Source: Campylobacterota bacterium | GTDB taxonomy: Bacteria; Campylobacterota; Campylobacteria; Campylobacterales; Arcobacteraceae | Length of the DNA stretch: 24,498 bases | Reading direction: 5' to 3' | NCBI GenBank assembly: GCA_051746405.1 | Contig: JBNJFB010000035.1 | Span: forward strand, 1 to 24,498 | Shown here: in pieces, positions 1-8,484 of the stretch | Numbering within the stretch: position 1 is the first letter of the stretch | Layout of the letters: each line of letters begins with the position of its first letter | Translations under genes and position numbers: made by a program | Notes under the pieces: model-generated | Seen by the model: only the letters and a program-made list of their open reading frames with translations | Database searches by the model: none | What the model was told of the DNA's origin: nothing

Positions 1-45
1 CTCATAACCCGAAGGTCGATGGTTCAAATCCATCTTCCGCAACCA
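1..45 (+). tRNA. tRNA-fMet (CAT), 3' part only (cut by window start)
   Basis: Anticodon loop CTCATAA followed by CCC (3' side of the three G-C pairs typical of initiator tRNA), T-loop GGTTCAAATCC, ends AACCA. Confidence 0.9.
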
Positions 46-54
46 ATTTCATGT

Positions 55-131
55 GTCAAGGTAGCTCAGCTGGCTAGAGCGCTGGTCTCATAAGCCGGAG
101 GTCGGGAGTTCAAGTCTCCCTCTTGACACCA
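55..131 (+). tRNA. tRNA-Met (CAT), probably elongator
   Basis: Acceptor GTCAAGG/TCTTGAC, D-arm TAGCTCAG, anticodon loop CTCATAA, GTTCAAGTC T-loop, encoded CCA; Ile2 identity not formally excluded. Confidence 0.9.
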
Positions 132-164
132 AGAGTTTTATAACTCAATACTATATTTTTGGAA

Positions 165-241
165 GCTGGTGTAGCTCAGTTGGCTAGAGCAGCTGATTTG
201 TAATCAGCAGGTCGGGGGTTCAAGTCCCTTCACCAGCTCCA
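165..241 (+). tRNA. tRNA-Thr (TGT)
   Basis: Acceptor GCTGGTG/CACCAGC, anticodon arm GCTGA-TTTGTAA-TCAGC, T-loop, CCA. Confidence 0.95.
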
Positions 242-265
242 TTTCTTTATCTTTTATTTTATTGT

Positions 266-340
266 TGGGGTATCGCCAAGTGGTAAGGCAACGGTTTTTG
301 GTATCGTTATTCGGGGGTTCGAATCCCTCTACCCCATCCA
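266..340 (+). tRNA. tRNA-Gln (TTG)
   Basis: Acceptor TGGGGTA/TACCCCA, D-arm GCCAAGTGGTAAGGC, anticodon loop TTTTGGT, GGTTCGAATCC, CCA. Confidence 0.95.
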
Positions 341-399
341 CCAAAGTTTTAAAATTGTTAACTATTTTACTTTAGATAAAATAAACAAAAGAGTTTTGT

Positions 400-1269
400 T
401 TATACATTTTTTCTATCTAGGATTTTCTTAAATGCTTTATGTTTTAGTAAGTCCTCAAACTCTTCTTCATTTTCAATTTCATAGATATACTCTTCATTTA
501 AATCAATTGCTTTATGTAAATCTACAATTGCATGATCCTCTTGTCCTAATACTGCAAATACTTTTGATCTTTGATAGAATGCATTTGGGTAGTTGCTATC
601 TATACTTAATGCTTGGTTTGTAAGGCTTAATGCCCAGTTTGCTTCGCCCATATCAAGTACAGCATCTGATTTGTATGTTAAAGCTTCAACTTCATCTGGT
701 CTTATTTTTAAGATTTCATCATATATCTCTATTTTACCACTTGGAGTTGTCTCTTGGGATGCTCTAAGCCATAGTGAATGAATAGCATTTGTTCTTTCAA
801 TAGCTGCTTCGTTTCGTTTAACTTGCTTTGTTCTTGTCTCTAAGTCTTTTTCAAAAATAGACATTCTTTGCTCATACTCTTGAATAGTTTTTGAGGTTTT
901 TTCATCAATCATATGTTTCACTTTTTCATTAATATCTTTTATTGAACTCCATCCAATTACAACCAAAATTGAACTGGCTGCTGCTATTATATAAAACATA
1001 TTATTAATAGTTGAGGTAGCATAGTTGATTACATTATTTGAAATATCAACCTCTTTTTTTGCTAGTGTTTTATGTAAATCAATCTTTAAATCCCTATTTT
1101 CCTCTCTTAGTTGCTTAAGCTCATTTAAGATATAATTTTCCACAAAGGGATTATAAAGTGGTTTTTCTAAAGAATTAACTTTTTCTTTTACAGCCTTTTG
1201 TTCTTTTTGTGTTAGTTCTTTAGCAAATAATGATGAGCAAATAAGTAAGAAAATAAATAAAAAACGCAT
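400..1269 (-). CDS. Membrane-associated TPR-repeat protein
   Basis: Signal peptide, coiled coil, one hydrophobic segment (MFYIIAAASSILVVIGW), C-terminal TPR-like repeats (ALSIDSNYPNAFYQRS, AIVDLHKAIDLN); AGGA RBS upstream. Confidence 0.8.
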   Translation of the reverse strand: MRFLFIFLLICSSLFAKELTQKEQKAVKEKVNSLEKPLYNPFVENYILNELKQLREENRDLKIDLHKTLAKKEVDISNNVINYATSTINNMFYIIAAASSILVVIGWSSIKDINEKVKHMIDEKTSKTIQEYEQRMSIFEKDLETRTKQVKRNEAAIERTNAIHSLWLRASQETTPSGKIEIYDEILKIRPDEVEALTYKSDAVLDMGEANWALSLTNQALSIDSNYPNAFYQRSKVFAVLGQEDHAIVDLHKAIDLNEEYIYEIENEEEFEDLLKHKAFKKILDRKNV

Positions 1270-1396
1270 TGTACATTCCTTAGAATTAATTTTTGAGTAT
1301 TATATACTTTTAACTTGAAATACTACCATAAAATTTAAATAATAATTAGAAAAGTGGTAGTATAATTTTAAAATTTTAAAACTATAAAGGATTATT

Positions 1397-1735
1397 TTGG
1401 CCCTATTAAATAATGATAAAGATATATTACCTTTAAGCAGTATTGCAGAAGTACTAACTGCAAAAGTTAGAACACTGAAAATGTATGAAGACAAGGGATT
1501 ACTTCCAAGAAAAAATGAAACTAAAAAGTTATATTCAATAAACGATGTTAAGATGATAGCTTTTGTTCACTACCTAGCAAGTGTAAAAAAGATAAATGCA
1601 AATGGAATAAAATACGTTACAGAAATGTTAGAAAAAAATATGGATGAAAAAAATAAAGCAGATTTCTTAGATTTTGTTGAAGATAAAATGGAGAAACTTT
1701 CAGGTATTGATGTTAAGGATGTTGATATTATTTAA
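1397..1735 (+). CDS. MerR-family (HspR-like) transcriptional regulator
   Basis: SSIAEVL..RTLKMYEDKGLL..KLYS..D MerR HTH pattern; TTG start with AAGGA RBS. Confidence 0.8.
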   Translation: MALLNNDKDILPLSSIAEVLTAKVRTLKMYEDKGLLPRKNETKKLYSINDVKMIAFVHYLASVKKINANGIKYVTEMLEKNMDEKNKADFLDFVEDKMEKLSGIDVKDVDII

Positions 1736-1746
1736 TACAATCAAAA

Positions 1747-1768
1747 CTAAGCTTTAAAAAAGGCTTAG
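1747..1768. terminator. Probable bidirectional intrinsic terminator
   Basis: Hairpin CTAAGCTTT/AAGGCTTAG between convergent stops at 1735 and 1770. Confidence 0.6.
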
Positions 1769-1769
1769 C

Positions 1770-2894
1770 TTATTTGATAATTCTTCCATCATCTAGTTTT
1801 ATTTGATTTCTTCCATTCTCTTTAGCATCATATAAAAGCATATCAGACTTTTGAATAGTGTTTTCATAAGAAGAGTGATTACTTCTAATTGCAACACCTG
1901 CTGAAAATGTTATTTTTAGTTTAGTATTTTTATAAATAAAATTATTTGAAGTTACTATTTGTTTTACTCTTTTTAGATATAAAAGCAGTTCTCTAGTTAG
2001 ATTAAAGTTTATTATTGCCACAAACTCTTCACCACCATATCTTCCAACAATATCTTCATCTCTTGTGCTTTTATCTAAAATTTTTGCAAAAGTTTTAAGT
2101 ACCACATCACCACAATCATGACCATAAGTATCATTTAACTTTTTGAAATGGTCTAAATCAAAAAACACTATTGCATAGTGTGAGTTGTTTCTTGTATAGT
2201 CACTTTCAATTCTTTTAACCTCTTCATCATAGGCTCTTCTAGTAAGTAACCCTGTTAAGTGGTCTTTCATACTTTCTTGTTTAGATTTTTCTAACTCTTC
2301 TTCTAAAGTTTTAACTTTCTCTTCTAACTCTTGAACTTGTGTTTTACCAGTTTTTAGCTTATCACTTACACTATTCATTTCATTTTCAATTGAGCTTGCA
2401 GCATTTACTAGCTTCTCTTGAATTCCATTTAACTCTTCAACATTTGCTTTTGAAAAATCAATAGACTCTATTTGCTCTTTAATATTTACTACATTTTTAG
2501 AACCATTTCCACTACTACTTATGGCATCATTTAGATACTCTCCCATTAGTGATACGACTTTTGATATATCTGATGTTTTTTGGGCTACTAGCTTTTTATC
2601 TCTATCAAATCTTTTAAATATAAAATCTTCAATCTTATTTTGAACGCTTTTTTCAAAAAGTAACTCAGGCTCTTGATCTATTTTTATAAATAACTCTTCA
2701 ATATCATCATCAACTTCAACTGAAATTGATGGTAAAACTGATTGTTTTAATAAAGAAGCAAGTGGTGCTACATTCTCTTTTGATACTCTTTTTAGTAGTA
2801 TTGGAATAATTTTTTCAACTGAGTCTAACTTATTTAGTTTGACTTCATTTTGTTCTCTTTCAGTTAATTTATCAATTACCTTATTAAAATTCAT
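1770..2894 (-). CDS. Diguanylate cyclase (GGDEF) with coiled-coil N-terminus
   Basis: DHLTGL, FFDLDHFKKLNDTYGH..GD, RYGGEEF active site, RxxD (RDED) I-site five residues upstream. Confidence 0.95.
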   Translation of the reverse strand: MNFNKVIDKLTEREQNEVKLNKLDSVEKIIPILLKRVSKENVAPLASLLKQSVLPSISVEVDDDIEELFIKIDQEPELLFEKSVQNKIEDFIFKRFDRDKKLVAQKTSDISKVVSLMGEYLNDAISSSGNGSKNVVNIKEQIESIDFSKANVEELNGIQEKLVNAASSIENEMNSVSDKLKTGKTQVQELEEKVKTLEEELEKSKQESMKDHLTGLLTRRAYDEEVKRIESDYTRNNSHYAIVFFDLDHFKKLNDTYGHDCGDVVLKTFAKILDKSTRDEDIVGRYGGEEFVAIINFNLTRELLLYLKRVKQIVTSNNFIYKNTKLKITFSAGVAIRSNHSSYENTIQKSDMLLYDAKENGRNQIKLDDGRIIK

Positions 2895-2914
2895 AACTAG
2901 TCCTGTACTTTGTT

Positions 2915-3358
2915 TTATGATAAAAGTTTTTTAGCAACTTCGTTTATTCTTTTACCATCTGCAATTCCTGCTAATTTTTTAGTTGCTTGTCCCATAACTT
3001 TACCAATATCTTTCATAGTCTTAGCTTCAACTTGAGCAATAATCTCTTTGATTTTATCTGTTAATTCTTGATCATTTAGTTGTTTAGGTAGATACTGTTT
3101 AAATATATCGATTTGCTCCTGTTCTTTTTGAACTAAATCATCTCTTGAAGCTTCTTGATATTGAGTAACTGCCTCTTCTCTTTGTTTTATACCTTTTTGA
3201 ATAAGTTTTAATATCTCATCATCACTTAATTCTTTTCTTTCATCAACTTCGATTTGTTTTATCATTGTATTTATTGACCTAATAGAGTCCCTTTTTACAA
3301 TATTTTTTTCTCTCATTGCTGCTTTTAAATCATCTTTAAGTTGTTGTTTTAAGCTCAT
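2915..3358 (-). CDS. yqeY: GatB/YqeY domain protein
   Basis: MSLKQQLKDDLKAAMR..., IKQREEA..Y....R.DL, YLPKQL, KDIGKVMG motifs. Confidence 0.92.
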   Translation of the reverse strand: MSLKQQLKDDLKAAMREKNIVKRDSIRSINTMIKQIEVDERKELSDDEILKLIQKGIKQREEAVTQYQEASRDDLVQKEQEQIDIFKQYLPKQLNDQELTDKIKEIIAQVEAKTMKDIGKVMGQATKKLAGIADGKRINEVAKKLLS

Positions 3359-3407
3359 TTGTATCCTTTTTAGTATTTTTATAGTACTTTTGAGTTATTT
3401 TAGTGTT

Positions 3408-5354
3408 TTATTGATTAAAACTTTCAATTAACTCTTCAAGTTCTAAGAATTTTTCCACTTTTTTTTCGTATATCTCTTCTGTCTCTTCAAGTTTTTTTGA
3501 AACAGCTACAATACCTTCTTTCTCATAACACTCTGGGGTCTGAAGACATTTGTTTATCTCTTCTATTTGTTTTTCTAGATTTTCAATTTCATCTGGTAGG
3601 GCATCATAATCTCTTTGGTCTTTATATGATAGTTTTTTCTGTTTTTTATCTTTTGGTTTATTTTTTGATTCACTTGTTTTTGGTGATTGGTTGTGCATTT
3701 TTGTTAGTTCTTTAATCTCTTTTTCAAACTCTAGGTATTGTGTATATGGCTGAAAACTCTCTTCAACTATAGCATTACCTTTAAAAACAAAAAGTTTTTT
3801 TGCTATTTTATCAACAAAGTATCTATCATGGGATACAAAGATTAAAGCACCTTGAAAGTTTTGAAGATACTCTTCTAAAATATTAATTGTGGGAATATCT
3901 AAATCATTGGTAGGTTCATCTAAGATTAAACAATCAATTTTTTTTGTAAATAACAGTGCAAGTGCAACTCTGTTTTTTTCACCACCACTTAACACACCAA
4001 TTTTTTTATCAAGATACTCTCTTGGAAATAAGAAGTTTTTTAAATATCCATAAACATGCATATTTCTGCCATCATTTAATTCAATTCTATCTCCACCATT
4101 TGGACAAAAAGTTTCTATTAGATTTTTATCATCACTAAGCATTTCCCTTTGTTGATCAAAATATCCTATATTAAAGTCACCTTTTTTAAATTTACCTGAA
4201 TCAATTTGAAGTTTCTCCATAAATATTTTAAGCAAAGTCGATTTTCCACTACCATTTGGTCCAACAATAGCAATTGTATCTTTTTGTAAGATTCTTGTGG
4301 AAAAATTCGCAATAAGCTCTTTGTTGCCAAGTGATTTTGAAATATCTTTTAATTCATAAAGCATCTTCTTTTTATTTTTTTGTTTCTGCTCACTATTAAA
4401 GGATTTTTGTTCCCTTTCTAACTCTAAAGACATTTTTTTGATTAGTGATGGATTTGTTTTTGCTTCTTCTTTTAAGCTTAAATATTCAGCTTTTCTTCTT
4501 TCATTTCTTTTTCGTCTAGCTGTAACGCCCCTTTGCATCCAGTGTGCTTCTCTTTTTACAAGACGTATTAGATTTTCATGGTCTTTTTGTAGATTCTCTA
4601 ACATCTTTTGTTTTTGCTCTAAATATGAGGAGTATCCTCCATTAAATCTCTTTAATCCTCCATTTTCAATCTCTATAATAGATGTGGCAATATTATCAAT
4701 AAAGTATCTATCGTGGGAAATAAATAGAAGTGTAAATTGGTGACTTAAAAGTAGGCTTTCTAAAAATTCAACCATATAAACATCTAAATGGTTTGTGGGC
4801 TCATCTAAAAGCAGTACATCAGGTTTTTTAAGCAAAAGACCCGCTAAGCTTACCCTTCTTTGTTCACCTCCACTTAAAAGAGTCACATCTTTATTTTCAT
4901 ACTGTTTTAGATTAAACTCTTTTAGTACTCGTTCAATCATATTTTCTAAATCCCAAGCATTATGAAACTCTATATATGTGGCAAGTTTACTTTGCTTGTT
5001 TAACAATTCATCGTTGTTATAATCTGTTGCAAGTTGCAAAGATATCTCATCATATTCATTTTTTGCTTGTTTTATTTCTACTAACTGCTCTTCAACAGCT
5101 TGCTTAACTGTTATTCCTGATTTAAATTTTGGTTGTTGAGCTAGCATCTCTATTTTTATTGATTTATCAATAGATATTTCACCACTATCGGGTTCAACTT
5201 CATTCATAATAACTTTAAATAGTGTAGATTTACCCTGACCATTTTGACCTATGACAGCTACTCTTTGAGCTTTTGTTAAAGTAAAATCAACATCTTTTAA
5301 AATAGTTTTTATATCATATTGCTTATTTATGTTTTGTAAGTCGATTAATGCCAT
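3408..5354 (-). CDS. uup: ABC-F family ATPase, Uup-like
   Basis: Two ABC domains (GQNGQGKST, LSGGE, LDEPTNHLD; GPNGSGKST, LSGGE, LDEPTNDLD), no TM segments, C-terminal KKLSYK coiled coil typical of Uup. Confidence 0.9.
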   Translation of the reverse strand: MALIDLQNINKQYDIKTILKDVDFTLTKAQRVAVIGQNGQGKSTLFKVIMNEVEPDSGEISIDKSIKIEMLAQQPKFKSGITVKQAVEEQLVEIKQAKNEYDEISLQLATDYNNDELLNKQSKLATYIEFHNAWDLENMIERVLKEFNLKQYENKDVTLLSGGEQRRVSLAGLLLKKPDVLLLDEPTNHLDVYMVEFLESLLLSHQFTLLFISHDRYFIDNIATSIIEIENGGLKRFNGGYSSYLEQKQKMLENLQKDHENLIRLVKREAHWMQRGVTARRKRNERRKAEYLSLKEEAKTNPSLIKKMSLELEREQKSFNSEQKQKNKKKMLYELKDISKSLGNKELIANFSTRILQKDTIAIVGPNGSGKSTLLKIFMEKLQIDSGKFKKGDFNIGYFDQQREMLSDDKNLIETFCPNGGDRIELNDGRNMHVYGYLKNFLFPREYLDKKIGVLSGGEKNRVALALLFTKKIDCLILDEPTNDLDIPTINILEEYLQNFQGALIFVSHDRYFVDKIAKKLFVFKGNAIVEESFQPYTQYLEFEKEIKELTKMHNQSPKTSESKNKPKDKKQKKLSYKDQRDYDALPDEIENLEKQIEEINKCLQTPECYEKEGIVAVSKKLEETEEIYEKKVEKFLELEELIESFNQ

Positions 5355-5495
5355 TTTGCTCCTAAAAATTATATAAATTTAAATATATAATATCTAAAAA
5401 TTGGTTATATAATGCTTCTGTAAATTTAGTTGTAGCTTAACAATTTATTAAGTTAAATTGTGACATTCTTAAGTATTATCTAAAAAAGGGTTAAA

Positions 5496-6854
5496 ATGTT
5501 AAAGAAGAGTCTTTGTTTTGTATTGCTTTTATTTTTCTCCACTTTAGTAGCAAGTGAGAATCAACCATCTACTTTATTAAAAACTTCTAAAGCTCATTTT
5601 TCTATTGAGAGTTCTAATGATTATATTGTTGCTTTAGCACAATATAGGTCAGGAGACTTTAAACAGTCTTATGAAATGTTTAATAAGCTTTTTTCAAAAT
5701 ATAGTGATCATGTACAGATAAACTACTATCTTGCTATGAGTGCTGTGAATCTAAAACTTTATGATGAAGCATCAGCTGCATTTCAAAGAGTTTTGATAAA
5801 AAAACCAGAGTTTCATCGTGCAAGACTTGAGTACGCACGTGTAATGTTTATTTTAGGTTTTAAGCAAGAAGCTAAACAAGAGTTTTTAAAGGTAGCATCT
5901 TATCCAATTCCCAAAAATGTTCGTAAAAATATTGAACGATTTTTAAAGAAAATAAAAAACTCTAATCAAAGTAATTCTACCATGATAGCTTTAAGCTTAG
6001 GGTATATGTATGATGACAATATAAATAGTGGTATTGAATATGACTCTTTTACCCTCCCAGGATTTTCAAACTTAGAAGTTGATGGTGAGAAACCAATATC
6101 AAGTACATCTTATTTCTCTTTAATGCAGGTTAACCATTTCCATGGTTTAAGTGAAAACTATCCTATTTCAGTTAAGCATACAGGTACAATATTTTATAAA
6201 AACCAAACAAAAGATGATGATTATAATATGAATTTTTATTCATATAAGCCAACTTTTTATTATAATAATGCCAAAAATAAAGAGGAGTATTCACTTCAGA
6301 TTGGTGTGGATTCTATCTTACCTGGAGATGAAAATGACTTTACAGCTTATACGCTTGTACCTAAATATAAAAAACTTATAAATAAAGATACTGTTTTTTC
6401 AATTTATGGTCAGTATAAAGAGATTCATTATAAAAAAAGTTCCAATGAGACAAAAGATTATATGAAAAAAGGCTTAGGCACTTCACTAAGCTATAAGAAG
6501 TTTAGATATAAATTAAGCTTTGAAAAAGATGAAAAAGTAAGAGGGGAAAGAGTGGATTTAGATAAAGATATTATTACTAATAGTTTCTATTACAACTATG
6601 ATATTCAAAGTGATTTATTTCTAAATTTACAATACCAATACAAGCAGATTGATTATAAAGATAGGAATAACCTTTTTGGAAATATTAGAGAGGATATAAA
6701 CAGAAATATAGGTGTTGGATTAACTAAAATATTTAATAAAAAAGATTTTTTATCACTATCTTATAATAATATCAACAACAGTTCAAATCAAGAAGCATTT
6801 GATTATAAAAAAGAGAGTGTAATGCTTCAATATACATGGAGATTTAAATTATGA
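5496..6854 (+). CDS. TPR plus outer-membrane beta-barrel protein (Slam/DUF560, type XI secretion-like)
   Basis: Signal peptide; TPR region (AFQRVL..P...RARLEYAR); GYMYDDNINSG barrel-start motif; alternating aromatic strands; N.SN...FDY.K C-terminal motif ending YTWRFKL. Confidence 0.75.
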   Translation: MLKKSLCFVLLLFFSTLVASENQPSTLLKTSKAHFSIESSNDYIVALAQYRSGDFKQSYEMFNKLFSKYSDHVQINYYLAMSAVNLKLYDEASAAFQRVLIKKPEFHRARLEYARVMFILGFKQEAKQEFLKVASYPIPKNVRKNIERFLKKIKNSNQSNSTMIALSLGYMYDDNINSGIEYDSFTLPGFSNLEVDGEKPISSTSYFSLMQVNHFHGLSENYPISVKHTGTIFYKNQTKDDDYNMNFYSYKPTFYYNNAKNKEEYSLQIGVDSILPGDENDFTAYTLVPKYKKLINKDTVFSIYGQYKEIHYKKSSNETKDYMKKGLGTSLSYKKFRYKLSFEKDEKVRGERVDLDKDIITNSFYYNYDIQSDLFLNLQYQYKQIDYKDRNNLFGNIREDINRNIGVGLTKIFNKKDFLSLSYNNINNSSNQEAFDYKKESVMLQYTWRFKL

Positions 6855-8479
6855 AAAAAATAGTTCTACTTCTACTTTTTTTGCAGGTTTTTTTATTTGC
6901 AAATGTTGCAAAAATAGTTGCATTTAATGGTGATGCTCTTATAATAAGAGAAGATGAAAATATAAAAGTTACAAATGGTGCAGAACTTTTAAAAGATGAT
7001 GTTATTAAAACTCAAGATAATACAAAGTTACAATTGATTTTTAAAGATAAAACTGTTGTAACTATTGGTAAAAATTCAGAGTTTAAAATAAATGATTATA
7101 TCTATGATGAAAAGCAAGAAAACTATAATGCCAACTTGGGATTAGTGAAAGGAACATTTAGGACTATTACTGGAAAAATTGGAAAAGTAGCTCCAAGTAA
7201 GTTTAAACTTAAATCAAAATCTGCATCAATTGGAATTCGTGGAACTCAGATATTAAGTAATGTTGAATTTAATGGTGATACTATTTATTGTACTGAGGGT
7301 GCTATTGAAATTACATCGGAGTTTACAAATGAAACTATTTTAATTCAAGCAGGTGAGTTTGCTAAAATAAGAGAAGATGAACCCATTGTAGTGCAAGAGT
7401 TTAATCAAGAAGATATAAATATTGTTGAAACTCAAACAAAGTTTTCAAGTGATGAGAATGAAGAGGAAGTAATAGAAAGCTTTGATAATGAGATAGAACA
7501 AACTGAACCTACTACACAAGTGACAAAAGAGGTACAAGAAGATACACAAGTTCAAGTAAATGAAGCGAATGAAAATAGTAACTCAATTAATCAAAGTGAT
7601 AGATCTGATGATATTGCAGAGGCTGTAAAAAATAATAGTAAAAGTGCAGAAAAAGTTAGAGCTACTTTTGGGTCAATATTTAAGAATTATTTAGTTTCTG
7701 ATTATATAAGTACAAACATGCTAAGTTCACAAAAAGATAATGAAATGCTCTTTGATGACAATGACAGGAATATTAATCTTAAGTTAGATAATCTTGCTAC
7801 AAATTATTCTAATGACGACTCTTATGAAGGTGATTTATCTGCAGATGGTATACAAAACATTTCTGGTAATTCAAGTAGTAGTTTCACTTTTATTAAGGGT
7901 TCTTATACATCAAAAAAAGATTCATATATTAATTCTAGCTTAGAGTTTGATAAAGATGATGATATTCAATGGGGAGAATGGGATGCAGAGTTTGAAGATG
8001 AATACTCAAACTCTATTTCAATATCAAATGGTTATTGGCTTACAGGTTTACAAACAGCTGTTTCAGAAGTTCAAGCGTTAATGAATGATAATATAACTGC
8101 AACATATAAGGGATATGCTTTAGGAAAATCTACTATTAGTTCAATGGTATTTAATGCCACAAATTCAGAAGTTAACTTCAATATTGACTTTGGAGAACAA
8201 ACGCTTAATGGAACTTTTACTCTACCTGGTGACTCTGATGGATTATTTGATAAAACCTTAAATGTTTCAGGAACACTTGATAGAGATGGATTTACTTTTG
8301 ATGGTACAACAAATTCAGGAAGTACAGGTGGTAGTTTACTTGTTGATTCAAGAAGTGAGACTACAGGAAATGGAAGTGGGAAGTTTTATGGTTCTAATGC
8401 AAGTTCTATTGGTGGTAATTTTAACTTAGGTGATGGGAATAATAGTTATACGGGAGTATTTAAGGCTAAAAAACAGTAG
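6851..8479 (+). CDS. FecR-domain protein with acidic linker and C-terminal TbpB-like beta-barrel
   Basis: Signal peptide without lipobox Cys; FecR domain (D.I.T...LIFKDKT..IGKNS, LVKGTFR..TG, SIGIRGT); C-terminal ATYKG.A, IDFG...L.G, GKFYGSNASSIGG.F, GVFKA motifs; ATGA overlap with upstream gene. Confidence 0.75.
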   Translation: MKKIVLLLLFLQVFLFANVAKIVAFNGDALIIREDENIKVTNGAELLKDDVIKTQDNTKLQLIFKDKTVVTIGKNSEFKINDYIYDEKQENYNANLGLVKGTFRTITGKIGKVAPSKFKLKSKSASIGIRGTQILSNVEFNGDTIYCTEGAIEITSEFTNETILIQAGEFAKIREDEPIVVQEFNQEDINIVETQTKFSSDENEEEVIESFDNEIEQTEPTTQVTKEVQEDTQVQVNEANENSNSINQSDRSDDIAEAVKNNSKSAEKVRATFGSIFKNYLVSDYISTNMLSSQKDNEMLFDDNDRNINLKLDNLATNYSNDDSYEGDLSADGIQNISGNSSSSFTFIKGSYTSKKDSYINSSLEFDKDDDIQWGEWDAEFEDEYSNSISISNGYWLTGLQTAVSEVQALMNDNITATYKGYALGKSTISSMVFNATNSEVNFNIDFGEQTLNGTFTLPGDSDGLFDKTLNVSGTLDRDGFTFDGTTNSGSTGGSLLVDSRSETTGNGSGKFYGSNASSIGGNFNLGDGNNSYTGVFKAKKQ

Positions 8480-8484
8480 CTATC

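Noticed and set aside
338..343. CCACCA at the tRNA-Gln 3' end
   Set aside because: A 3-nt coincidence that normal 3' trimming would remove; no support for a function
1..400. Island integration at the tRNA cluster
   Set aside because: No integrase or duplicated tRNA 3' end nearby; downstream genes look like core genome
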